From Octopus vulgaris (Eukaryota), in contig OX597823.1 in NCBI GenBank assembly GCA_951406725.2, positions 62,558,001 through 62,622,000 of the forward strand: a DNA stretch of 64,000 nucleotides, read 5' to 3'. Shown piece after piece: positions 41,848 through 53,317 of this stretch. A program made the translations under genes and the position numbers. The notes under the pieces were generated by a model, which searched no databases, had not been told where the DNA came from, and was given only the letters and a program-made list of their open reading frames with translations. Position 1 is the stretch's first letter. Each line of letters begins with the position of its first letter.

Positions 41848-42787
41848 CGTGTGTATGTATGTATGTATGTATGTATGTATGTATGTATGTATGTATGTAT
41901 GTATGTATGTATGTATGTATGTATGTATGTATGTATGCAGTTGTTGAAGTTGGGGGAGTTTGAATCATAGATGACAGGTACACTTTTTGAAGAAATTTTT
42001 CCTCATCTTTGATCCGATTGTAACTGAGGTAACTGATAAAATATCTGGGTAAGTTTTGATGTTTAACCATCAATATTCTTTTCTCTGTTGGATTCTACAT
42101 TAATTTTTCCCACACTAAGATCCAGTTTGATTATCTTCAAGTTTAAAAAAAAATGTCTTAATTGAAGCAAAGTGAGTAATGGCTAATTTTCATAATTTCT
42201 ACTTTTAACTGTATTGTGCATAGACATATCTGAAAGACAGCCTCTCCAGCAGCTTGTGAAGAAGCTACAGAAATATTTTATGTTGAGTTCTTAGATTTAG
42301 TCGAGTTTCGTTAATTTCATATCATGTGCTATTTTTCCACGATCATCTTTCATTTGACCAAGATATTTAAAATTTTTGTTACAGTTCTGATCTTTCCGAT
42401 GTCTAAGAATGGATCTTTATGTGTATGAGTCTTTTTCAAATGTAATTATGGAGAATTAGAATGGCAAATATGCCTTATGATGTCTTAGTCATTTTACGCC
42501 GTCTGAATTTGTCTTTTATATGCTCAAAGAGGATAGTGATAATTTTTTCAAATAGTGTTCTGAATAGTTTCTGCCGCATTTAAAGAAAGTCCTTACTTAG
42601 CTGATACAGTTTTTGCAAGGTAGTGAACGTTTATAACAAATATACTTTCCTCAAAGTAAAAAATGCAGTAAATATTACTCATTGTGCCCCACCTACCCAC
42701 TATTGGAAATTGGAAAAGCAGGCTTTTGGAATAGCTGTTTGAATTTCCCTATTTCTCCACCCACTCCCTCAGACACACACATGCACT

Positions 42788-42854
<67 letters not shown>

Positions 42855-44032
42855 ATCGTGCCTTTGGAACAGCAAAAGCCACTAAAATGAACTTTTGTGT
42901 TTTTCGTAATTTTATCGTATTCCACATTCTGAAACATTTTGTAACTCGCATTAAAAGAAAAAAATCTTACACCTTCTTCAATCTTTCATTGTACTTTTGA
43001 CAATGAAGGAAAAGCTTAACTCCGCAAGTGGATGTTTAAGAAATAAAATTTGATTTCTCAAAAATATATCTATAAGCGACATTTTCAGTCATTTATTTGA
43101 ACTTTTTCTGCTAACTCATTAAATTCAATTACATGAGATAGATGGGATTTGAGATTTAAATTTGGTAATATTCCAACATTTTCATTTTTGTTCATGAGGA
43201 TCCCACGGAAATTGAAGTGCCCTAGGTCGCCATGGTTTAAATCCGGTCCTGTATATATACTTATAGTCGTTTTATGAAGTTTGTGTTACGTTGTATTGAC
43301 TTGCAGTGAAAATTACCGTGATTTTAATCTATCTATCCATGCATGCATACATACGTACATGTATGTATGTATTATGTATGTATGCATGCATGTATGTATG
43401 TGTAGCGTGACACAAGAAGACAGTGACATTTTGTACGAGATCTCGCCGGCGGCCATCGCCAGGTCCGAGACAAGAGCGAGATCTCGCCTACAACCATGTT
43501 TACCATGTAGGAGAGTGGATAGTGATAGTGTAGGTCGTTCACAATTTCATAGAGATCACACAAATATATTAACCAAACATCCCAAATATTCACATACGCG
43601 TCAGATACGTTGAATGCACACAACAAAATTACGGAGAAAAATTATTCCAAACCGAGGTACAAAATATTTACCGAAAGAATAAAATCTGGTACCGATTATA
43701 ATTGTATTTTAATTGATTCAAATTAATGTACTTCATCTTGAAAAGTGGCAAAATTTTTGTCGGTTGCCATCTGGGATAATTTCTGTGTTTATCCATAACG
43801 TTATTGCTTTTACACCTGTTAATTAAATTTACCTGAATAAAAGTAAAATTTACTTAGCAAGACCATCTAAAATTACATAACTATAAACCACCCACTGACA
43901 AAATTTCAAATCTGTGAGTAAAAAATTTACAAAGTTACAAGTAAATGTTGTGGACACCGCTCTTGAACCTGAATAATTCAAAATAACATGAACATATATA
44001 TATATATATATGTTGATAAAAATGGTAAGACC

Positions 44033-44260
44033 ATCATCGTTTAACATCCGCTTTCGATGCTGGCATGGGTTGGACGGTTTGACTGAAGACTGGCAAGCCA
44101 GGGCCTGCTCAGGACTCCAATCTGATCTGGCAAGATATCTACAGCTGGTCCCCTTCCTAACGCCAACCACTCCAAGAGTGTATTGGATATTTTTACGTGC
44201 CACTGGCACGAGGACCGGTCAGGCAGCACTGGCATCGACTACACTCGATTGGTGCCACGC
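44033..44260 (-). mobile_element. RTE 3' UTR fragment
   Basis: Reverse complement of the tail at 38760-38930. Confidence 0.8.
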
Positions 44261-44279
44261 TCGAATACACACACACACA

Positions 44280-44352
<73 letters not shown>

Positions 44353-44499
44353 AATAAATGGTGGGGTTGTGTTGACCGCACGTGGAGAAATGATAAGCAA
44401 AGAAATTGTAAAAAGGCAGAATGGTAAATTGAAAGAAAATTTTAATGAAAATGGGTGTATGGAAAAGTTTTTGAAAAATTGATAAAATATATATATATT

Positions 44500-44541
44500 A
44501 ATTCAAACCGGTTTTCGTCATAATGTGACTTTTCAAGAATT
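44500..44541 (-). ncRNA. type I minimal hammerhead variant, U3-A8 core, at the 3' end of the Penelope-like element
   Basis: aattc|TTGAAAA|gtca-catta-tgac|GAAA accggt T T|gaatt. Palindromic stem III AACCGGTT; sense to the RT. Confidence 0.8.
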
Positions 44542-45229
44542 GTAAAGAAAAGAAATTTTTTTAAATGTGAGGAGGGGGAAAAAAGAAAATTATATTGTTT
44601 TTTGCAGAAAAATAAAAATAAATATATACAAAAATTAAAAAATAGGTACTCCGATACATTATAAAGTCTTTGTGTATCTTGAGTTTAATGATTGTTCACG
44701 AAAAAATTACCTTGAAGTATTGAGATCCAATGGGATTAAATCCATGTGTTGTTTAATTTAATTAAGGGTGTCTCTTAAGTGCCTGGCAAAACAGGAAGTA
44801 GTGGTAGTCCAGTTCGTATGTTGTGAATAAGGGGAGACAACTCTATGGGTTTTGAGCTCTTCAATTTGTGTTTATCAATTTTTTGTAATAAAGGGTGTTA
44901 ATAAACCTTGAATTAAAAAATTATCATTTTAGCTTCATTTGCATTATCTTTTTTATATAATTGTTTGTTAACTTAACATTCAGATTTTAACACTTTATTT
45001 ATATTGTTTTCTGATTATATAAATTTGCATAAACCAATTTATAATTACATTTCAGATTGTTATGTCATATATAATAAAAATAATAATAATAATAACAACA
45101 GTAATAATAATGATATTTAAAGAATATAAGTTTTAGCTTAAGGTGATGACTGCATGGTATCCTTATATATTTGTGTTAGTCCATCCATGAAGAATGAGGT
45201 AGAAAAAAGAAGTATGATCAACGAGGAGT

Positions 45230-47115
45230 TTCCATATTAAGATGCGTTTTGAATTTTTCAATAAAGAGATTCTCCTTGTTAATTCTCTCCTGTGTGGTGA
45301 TTCCGTCTTTACATTGGTAGAAGGGGAATATGTAGAATTTGGGATTTTTGTCTTTAGCGCATGAGTCTATGTGGTCACTCAGTGGGATTTGCCGGTATTC
45401 CGGAGTTTTTTTTTTCTTTATGCACCGCTACTCTTTTACGTAACGGGAGGCTCGTTTGTCCAACATAATTATGTTGGCAACCAGCGCATGTGAGAACGTA
45501 GATAAGGTTCTCGGAGGAACAGGAGAAGTTGGTCTTGATTTTAAACTTCGTTCCTTGTTTGAAGATAAATTCAGAGCCTTCAAGTAGGAAGGGGCAGGTG
45601 CCACAGTTTGGGCGTGCACATTATTTAACTGCTGGGGTGGATGTGGTGTGTGAAGTTTGGCATTTGTCAAGAGTTTTTTTAAGATTTGTGTTGCCTTTTA
45701 CATTTGAGGATTTTGTGTGTATTTATAATGTTTTTCATTTTTGGGTCTGTTGACAGTAGACTGATGTTTTGTATGATTGTGGTGTATGCTTCGATATTTT
45801 TGGGGTTGTGGGTGGAAATGTATGGAAGTATTTTGGGGTTGTGTGTGTTGTTGGGTTGGGTGGTTTTCAGTGTAATGTTGTCTAGTTCTTTGGCGTGTTT
45901 TATTCCATGCTCTATAAGGGTGGAGGGATATTGGCGTTGTAATAGTGTTTTTTTGAGGTCTTGAAGGCGTATTTCTTGAGTTTTGGGATCCGAGATAATG
46001 GTGCATACCCTTTTAGCTAAGTTGAAAGGGATATTTGTCTTGGTGTGTTTTGGGTGGCATGAACTAAAGAGGAGGTATTGTTGTGAGTCTGTAGGTTTGT
46101 GGTAGATGTCTGTTATGATTTGGTTCTTAGGTGTTTTTATAATTAGGAGATCAAGGAAAGGAAGATGATGTTTGCTTAATTCCATAGTGAATTGGATGTT
46201 GGGATGTATGTTGTTCAGTATGGTTTTGAATTCCAGAAGTTTTTCATAAGGTTCTTTCCATATGATGAAACAATCATCCAAATACCTTTTCCAGTTTTCC
46301 ATTAGGTAGGTGTGGAAAACATGTCCAAATTTCTGGCGTGATATCTCATAGAGTGATAGTTCGAAGAAACCCATTATGAGGTTCGCAAGGACTGGTGCAG
46401 CCTTGGTACCCATCGCAATACCACATTTTTGACGGTAGTGTGTGTTGTCGAAGAGGAAATAATTGTTTGTCAGAATGAACTTGAGTGATTCCGTAATAAA
46501 GGTCTTGTGAATGCGGTCAGGGAATGTCTCTGGGTATTTTTCTAGCCAGAAATCAATTGCCTCAATACCATATTCATGCGGGATGTTGGTGTAGAGGTTG
46601 ATGACATCAAAGGATACCTGGAGCGCCTCCTCGTTAACTGTTTTCGGGAGGTGTTTGAGCATATCCAGATCATCCCTAATGAAACTTTTGATGGGGGTAA
46701 GGAAAGGTTTCAAAAGGATGTCTAGGAAATTACTCAGGCGGTGTGTTTCACAGGAGGTGCCAGCCACGATGGGCCTTAGTTTTAGGTCCTCCGGTGCTTT
46801 AATGTTGGTGTGGATGTCAGAGGAGAGTTTGCAGGCTTCGATGATGTATTTATTTTTATGGATTTTAGGAAGGCCATAAAAAAGTCTAGGCTTGCATTTG
46901 AAATTGGTGATATAATCCCTTTCTTTTTCTGTGAGTCCCTGACCGTGTTGGAGTATGAGTGTGGTGAGGTTTTTGATTGTTTTTTGTTGTTTATAGTTGT
47001 TAATAACCTCATAGAAAGTGTTGTTGTTTAGCATGGAAAGCACTAGGTATTTATAAAACTCCGTGTCCATTAGAACCACAGCGCTCCCTTTGTCGGCTTC
47101 TTTGATGGTAAGGTT
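45230..47115 (-). pseudogene. Penelope-like RT + GIY-YIG endonuclease, with a stop and frameshifts after the RT
   Basis: 485-aa ORF 45679-47136 plus downstream frames. Confidence 0.9.
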
Positions 47116-47186
47116 TTCAAAAACCTTTCCATACACCCATTTTCATTAAAATTTTCTTTCAATTTGGCATTCTGCCTTTTTACAAT

Positions 47187-48370
47187 CATCTTCATACTTG
47201 CTTCCTCCTTCTCTGACTCATTGTCACACAGCTTCTCAATTATTTTTCCACTTTCCTTTTCCGTCTCACTTTTATCATATTTCTTTCTCGTTACCTCTTT
47301 CTCTTCCACCTCTTTCTCTTCCACCTCTTCCTTCTTCTTTTTCTGATTAGCCGGTGGCGGGCCCACCTCTGCTCTCCTCCTTCTTTTTCTTTCCACTAGC
47401 GTGAATTCTTCTTCCGCTGTTTTCTCATTATTCTCGACTGTCACTGCCTGTTCGACTTTTTGTTTAGTCTCTCTCTGTTCTTTTCGTGGGTATCTCGCCT
47501 TCATGTGCCCCTTTTCGCCACATTCGTAGCACACAGGCGGTCTTCCCTCCACCTTCATTCTTAGTGTAAAACCGTCAGGTAACACTATCTCCTCTGTTAT
47601 TTTGTTCAGATCTTCCACTGTTGCCTGGATTGTTAGCTCCAACCCGTAGCCCCAGTAGTCCAACTTGTTTGTTCTGTTGGACTTCAATATTCTGGCCTCG
47701 TCTTCCATGTTGTACATAATGGCCGTCATTAGCCATGCCTCCTCCAGCTCAGGGGGCACCTGGCCCACCCGAACTCTCGCCACACGTTTGCCGCAATAGG
47801 ATGGCAGAAGAATCCATTCTTCTGAGCGGATTGCCTCCGTAGCATGCCTTATCGTTTCCTCTTCCGATGTGAAACGCACATCCACAGTTGCATATTTTCT
47901 GCCGCTTGTTCTAAAGATTATCACCTTTTCCATGCTTTCCAACACCTTCTCAATCTCCTCTACAGTTGCTATGTCGATTTTTCTTGTAGCGACCTTCATG
48001 GTCTTGTATGTCACTGTCTTCTTCATAACGCTGTTCATTAGTTCTTCGAGTGACGACAATTTTATCTTGTCGCCTTCTTTTTTCAGTAGCTTCTCGCTAG
48101 CTTTCATTTTCCTGGGCTCGACCTTTATTTCAAAGGTCTCTAATGCTTCTTTCTCTGCTTCTCTTCCAGTTGCGGCTGCATAGCTGTGGCCTCCCGCTGG
48201 CGCCTTCTCCATTTCCTCAATGGGAAAAATCAACTTCAACAAAAATTAACGATATAACACACGATAATCAACAGCAATATAACAACAGCAATAATCAACA
48301 ATAAATTCACGTTCTACTCACAATTATAACTCAACTTCAATTTTTTTTTACCAACACGAACTGCCAATCA
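47187..48370 (-). mobile_element. 5' UTR + ORF1 of a Tx1-type LINE, truncated at the Penelope-like element
   Basis: ORF from ATG 48212 is homologous to ORF1 at 20872 (ATVDVRF, VPPE, VEGRPPVCYECGEKGH). Last knuckle Cys is replaced by Tyr. TG-rich 5' UTR resembles 20230-20310. Confidence 0.85.
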
Positions 48371-49119
48371 CTCACAGTTCTTTAATTTATGACAATGAGT
48401 CAGTCCACCATTAGTTACTTGGGGGATGGTTGGAATCCTTCCACTACATCTCCCCTTTTTAGAATAAGTCTCCCCTATCATCTCCTCTTTTCAGAATTGA
48501 ACTCTGCTCCGAGTTTTAATATCTCTTACGTTTAGGGTTCAATTCCAATGTTTCCGTTTTCTGGTGCTAGAACGTGTAGTTTCAAATTGCTTGGGTGTTG
48601 GTACCTTAAACGTGTCATACAATATTTCCATAGGAATTCCATTTCTCGTGTTTGTTTTTCCGTCAATCTTTTCTTAAGCTGGTTAATATGTCTTTTGTAT
48701 TCGACATTTTGGATCTTTTCTAAAAGATGAACAGAATTTTCTACTTAACTAAATAATTTGAAACTTCGTATAATTCTTTGAGCTAAATACCACTTATGAA
48801 ACAAAAGGTACTTAGGGTAGTGTTGAGAGAATTCAGAATTATCCTCATTAGAAATTCACTGCCTGTGTTACAAATGTCTTTGGAATCAACACATTCTTGC
48901 TTCACACATGTTGGCTAGTCAAAAGGTGAAGGAAATTATCATTGCTAGTTATATAGATAGGTTCTGTAGTAGCCACTGTCACATAATGTGTAGGAAACTC
49001 AATTTTCTATCTTTGCATTTGTGTTGGAACTCTGTCCTGCTGTATTTGATGTTCAAATGCTGTTTCACTTTTGTTCATGCTGAATGTCACAAGGTTTCAT
49101 AGAACTTCTCTCCCTACAA

Positions 49120-49161
<42 letters not shown>

Positions 49162-49439
49162 TTCAAAGGCATGTGCAATCTGATTGTTCACAAAACCAAC
49201 TCGTTTAAACAGGTTATTTGATAAAACATACCAGTCGTCATCATCATCATCATAACAAACCTCCTCATCCCCATCACCACTATCATCATCATCATAATTG
49301 TTTTAACAGTTGCTTTTCCATGCTTTCATGGGTTAGATAGAGTTCACCGTAGCAGATTTTCTATAGCTGGATGCCTTTCCTGCCATCAACCTTTGCCTGT
49401 TTCCAAGTAGGTTAGTATTTCTTCATAGTCAGACATATT

Positions 49440-49875
49440 GGTTTCAAATTGTGGTACAGGTCAGCAGTTTTTGAAGGGAAGGGGAATTCGAATGCATCGT
49501 CCCTAGTACTTGACTGGTACTTGCTTTATTGACCCTGGAAGGATGAAAGGCAAAGTTACCCTAGGCGCTATTTCAGCTCAGAATGTAAAAATGAACAAAA
49601 TACCCGCAAGCATTTTGTTTGGTATGCTCTCAGTTCTACTAGCTCACCACCTTCCCATGGTCAGACATATTTCCACAGAATACTGGAAATGAATGATATT
49701 TATTTTCAGTAATCATATATTGTCAAGACAAGGAGACATAAACATCCATACACTCACACACATACATAGTATAAATATAGTAGAAGACACTTGTCCAAGG
49801 TGTCAGCAGTGGGACGGAACTTCAAACTTTGTGGTTGGGAAGCAAACTTCTTAACCATAGAGCCATGCCTCTACC
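49440..49875 (-). mobile_element. degenerate SINE fragments
   Basis: gactggtacttgctttattgaccctggaaggatgaaaggcaaag and agtagaagacacttgtccaagg...ggttgggaagcaaacttc. Confidence 0.7.
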
Positions 49876-49998
49876 TGTATATTAATTAATAAAATAGAAA
49901 CAAAGAATTGTAATATGGGATATTTTTTATTTGTTAATGTATTATATTACTAGGTTGTTATATATTTAATGATTTCTATTTCTCTTTGTTATTTCTAG

Positions 49999-51147
49999 AA
50001 ACCAGTCTGTCAATTCATTGTTGTGGTCAGCATCTTCTTTCTACTGGTTGCCTGGCACCAATATACTGCAAATAAACAATATACAGTAACAACCTCAAGC
50101 AAACATAATCAAAAGTTAATTGATGAAACACGTCAAAAACAGAAGAAAAATTTAAGTCTGATGGAACAGAAATTGCTTCAGTTAAACAACAAAACTAAAT
50201 ATGTTATTTTTCATTGTGTTGGTCGTAGTCTTTGTGGAGGTTGGGGAGATAGGCAGCATGGAATAATCTCTGTATATTTAATGGCACTGACCATGGGTCG
50301 GCGCTTTGGCATTATTATTTCAAGACCTTGCGATATTTCTAAATATCTTCAACCAAACAAAGTTAACTGGAAGATTGACTCAAAAGAGTTGCATGGCTTA
50401 AAAAGTCGTTACCTTAATTTGGTTGATGGGAATAAGTACATTTCCTCTTTACAATCAGCAGACTTAGAAACACTTTACCCTGAAGATGTCCTCTATGTGA
50501 GTACAAACAGAATCTATTTTTATGCCTTGAAAAAGAATGCTCGATACAAAGAACAATTACTTTGGGCATCACAAAAGTCATATGGAAATATATTTGCTAA
50601 AGTGATGAATTTATTGTTTCGCTTCAGTGATCTTCTTCAGGCAAAATTTGACAAATTCTTTGAAGTCAATATTCCCAAAACAAATATGCATCTGGTGTGT
50701 GCTCAGATTCGAATTGGAAAAAACCCCAGTGTGCCAGGAGATTCCCAAAGGAATTCAATGTCAGATGTTCAGAATGTGTGGAACTTCTTAAGTAAATACA
50801 ATAACACCAGCAAGTACAAAATATTTGTGACCACAGACTCAAAGGAGGTGCAGGATATAGCTTCAAAAAAATTTTCTTCTCAATTCATGTATACCTCTGG
50901 GGAAATAATTCATGTGGATAGGCTCCGTAAAGGTGTGAAAGATACATGTGATGCTCTAAGGAAGATTCTTATGGACCAATATATTTTGACTAAATGTGAT
51001 ACATTGTTAGTGAGCAGAAGTGGTTTTGGTGAAAATGCTTTGCTAATGAGAGAAAAAGAAAATAACATTTTTCATTTTAAAAATGGAAATGTAACACGTA
51101 TCAACATAGAAAAATTTTTTCCTGGCTGGGAAAAAACTTGGTTGTGA
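49999..51147 (+). CDS. terminal coding exon of a type II membrane glycosyltransferase, fucosyltransferase superfamily (alpha1,2/alpha1,6/O-FucT/NodZ-like)
   Basis: Polypyrimidine tract + ttctag acceptor, phase 0. TM segment FIVVVSIFFLLVAW; motifs CGGWGDR, VCAQIRIG (motif I), IFVTTDS (motif II), HVD, DQYILTKCDTLLVSRSGFG (motif III). Uninterrupted 382 codons to TGA. Confidence 0.85.
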   Translation, partial: KPVCQFIVVVSIFFLLVAWHQYTANKQYTVTTSSKHNQKLIDETRQKQKKNLSLMEQKLLQLNNKTKYVIFHCVGRSLCGGWGDRQHGIISVYLMALTMGRRFGIIISRPCDISKYLQPNKVNWKIDSKELHGLKSRYLNLVDGNKYISSLQSADLETLYPEDVLYVSTNRIYFYALKKNARYKEQLLWASQKSYGNIFAKVMNLLFRFSDLLQAKFDKFFEVNIPKTNMHLVCAQIRIGKNPSVPGDSQRNSMSDVQNVWNFLSKYNNTSKYKIFVTTDSKEVQDIASKKFSSQFMYTSGEIIHVDRLRKGVKDTCDALRKILMDQYILTKCDTLLVSRSGFGENALLMREKENNIFHFKNGNVTRINIEKFFPGWEKTWL

Positions 51148-51479
51148 ACTAGGGGCTTTTGACACACAGAATCTAAAAATGACATCCATTTATTATCACT
51201 ATGTCAAGATTTTAAGGTACTGGATCCATAGAATTTCATTGTTTTTTCAATAAAACAGCTTTTGAGGAGCAAGGCATAACATACAACCATATGTAGAAAT
51301 TGGTTTTCCTTCAAAACCAGAATGTTTTCTTAAAATTTTCCAATAGAACTAGTAAAAGTTTTAAAATTTTTACTGACAAATTATATCATTGCTTGTACCT
51401 AATTTCCCATGAATGTCTATTTGGATGATTTTCTTGAGTGATGAACCTCAGGGAGATCATGAGCAAAGTTATAGTAATA

Positions 51480-52015
51480 CTTCACCATCATTCATAAGTC
51501 GCATTTGCCTTGATACCTTTGTTTTTATGTCCTGCTGGAAATGTTCTCTCTGCTCATCACTTGCATCACCAAGATTTTCAAGGAATTTATTGTGGCAACC
51601 ATGGAGATAGTGCTTTATGCTCATATTTGCTCCTAACTTTTGAAAGTTGTCCAGCATGTTGCTGACAATTTTGGCATAGCTGACTGCTTTCTTGTTGTCC
51701 AGAAAGCCATTTACAACTATTACAAATAAATTTCATGCTGCTGCTTCAAAGCAATTCATTGAATTTATCAAGTTCTCATTTTTAATCAATTTTCTGATGT
51801 GAGGCCCATCAAATATTCCAGCATTTATCTTATCACTGCTCAGCCTGGGAAATGTGCTGCAAACAAACTGCTCCATAATGCCAAGGTTGAGATGGAGTGG
51901 AGGTAGGATGTTTTTCTCCAGTTGAATTAAAAAGCTCTTCAACCACATTAAAAGACCCTGGAACTAATATTTGCTATGGCCATTCTTTGATCATCCAATG
52001 TTTTTCCTTGGCTGT
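51480..52015 (-). pseudogene. degraded Chapaev3-like (CMC) transposase fragment
   Basis: LPPLHLNLGIM.QFV, FPRLSSDKINAGIFDGPHIRKL, GANMSIK.HYLH, ENLGDASDEQ.EHF.QDI. Confidence 0.7.
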
Positions 52016-52920
52016 AAATTTCAGACTAAATTTCCACAGATAAATAATGCATTTTTCTGAAAAATGAGGAAATTGCAAAATTTGTTGGGGTTGGGTGTCT
52101 TGAAATCTAGATATGATAGTAAAAAATGGATTCCATTTTTAGATTCAACATTTCAAAAACCTTCAAACCAAGTTAAAATGTCCTGACAACAAAATACCTG
52201 TTGGATTGTGTAATTAGACTTGATAAGTGATTTCAAATGTTTGTCTTGCTCACCTTCATCACAAAGCATTAGTTGTCCCAGGGATTTAGTAGAAGATAAC
52301 TGCTTTAACTGATTGAACCAAAAGCTATATGACTGAGAAGTGGACTTCTTAACTACACAACCATGCCTGCACTTGTTCAAGAGTATTTGGTTCCATGTTC
52401 TTTAGTCAAATGCTACAAATTCTGGCTTTGCTTCTTATTCCTGTTTTATTTAAATAAGTACCTGTAATATAATGAGGATAATTAAAATGACTGTTATTCC
52501 TGACCCTATAAAAATTAAACTTATATTAAGTCAGCAGATATATCATTACAGGGTGATGAATCTGTAGGAAATGGCTGGGAGACCAAAAGTTTTAGCAGTT
52601 AACCATTCAAAGTCTTCAAACAACAGATTTCCCTTGCCTCAGTTCTGAATTAAAACATTTACACAGTATTTTTCTCAATTTCTTCTTAATCCATTTTATT
52701 ATAAAGTCAGTCTTGTAAATGGAGACATCGAATCTCAAGAAAGCTGCTGTTTGTTTAATAGTTAAACCTGTTACAAATTTCTACTTATATTTTTTTATGT
52801 TTATCTCGGGGTTATGAATAAAAGTAAAATAAATTTTGTTTCCCAGTCTCTCTTTATGTTTATCCAAATTTAATTCTATCGTTTTTTATCTCTCAACTAT
52901 TCCCTATCTTGCTCTCTCTC

Positions 52921-52957
<37 letters not shown>

Positions 52958-53099
52958 ATAACTGTTTCTCTGTTACCCACTCAAGGATCTCTTATCTCTT
53001 TTGATATTTTTCAGTTTTCTCTTTATCTTTCATTCTCTCTCACTTTCTCTTTCTCTCAATGTATAAATGTATGAATGCATACACTGCATATATATTCAT

Positions 53100-53132
<33 letters not shown>

Positions 53133-53239
53133 GAAATTCTGGGTGAGTACTTGATAATTGTAAGCACCTGTATATACCGTTTGGTGGTGTAGGTGGTGGA
53201 GTAAATTAATCAAAATAAAAACATGATGCCAAGGATTCA

Positions 53240-53317
53240 GCGGTACATATGTTTCGGGCCTTTATTAGACGGATTTATAACAATGCATAATGTATGTCTG
53301 TGGCCTTCTTTAGCCGC
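53240..53317 (-). ncRNA. hammerhead copy with G5A core mutation (likely inactive)
   Basis: gcgg|CTAAAGA|aggcc..41 nt..ggccc|GAAAC atat GTA|ccgc. Confidence 0.7.

Larger units (their letters stand above)
44357..47186 (-). mobile_element. 5'-truncated Penelope-like element (Neptune-type) with inverted 73-bp ends
   Basis: PLE RT (ADKG, FYGLPKIHK, RPIV, SFDV.NLYTNIP, GIAMG, RYLDD, PFLD, HP), then a Cys linker (CARPNCGTC) and GIY-YIG (NLIYVLTC..C...YVGQT...H...H) to ~45230. Inverted repeat 44405-44477 / 47114-47186. Confidence 0.92.

Noticed and set aside
43401-43492. Short TGTAG...CTACA GC-rich segment with an internal cgagatctcg inverted repeat
   Set aside because: Too short, single copy in the window, no TSD; it cannot be assigned.
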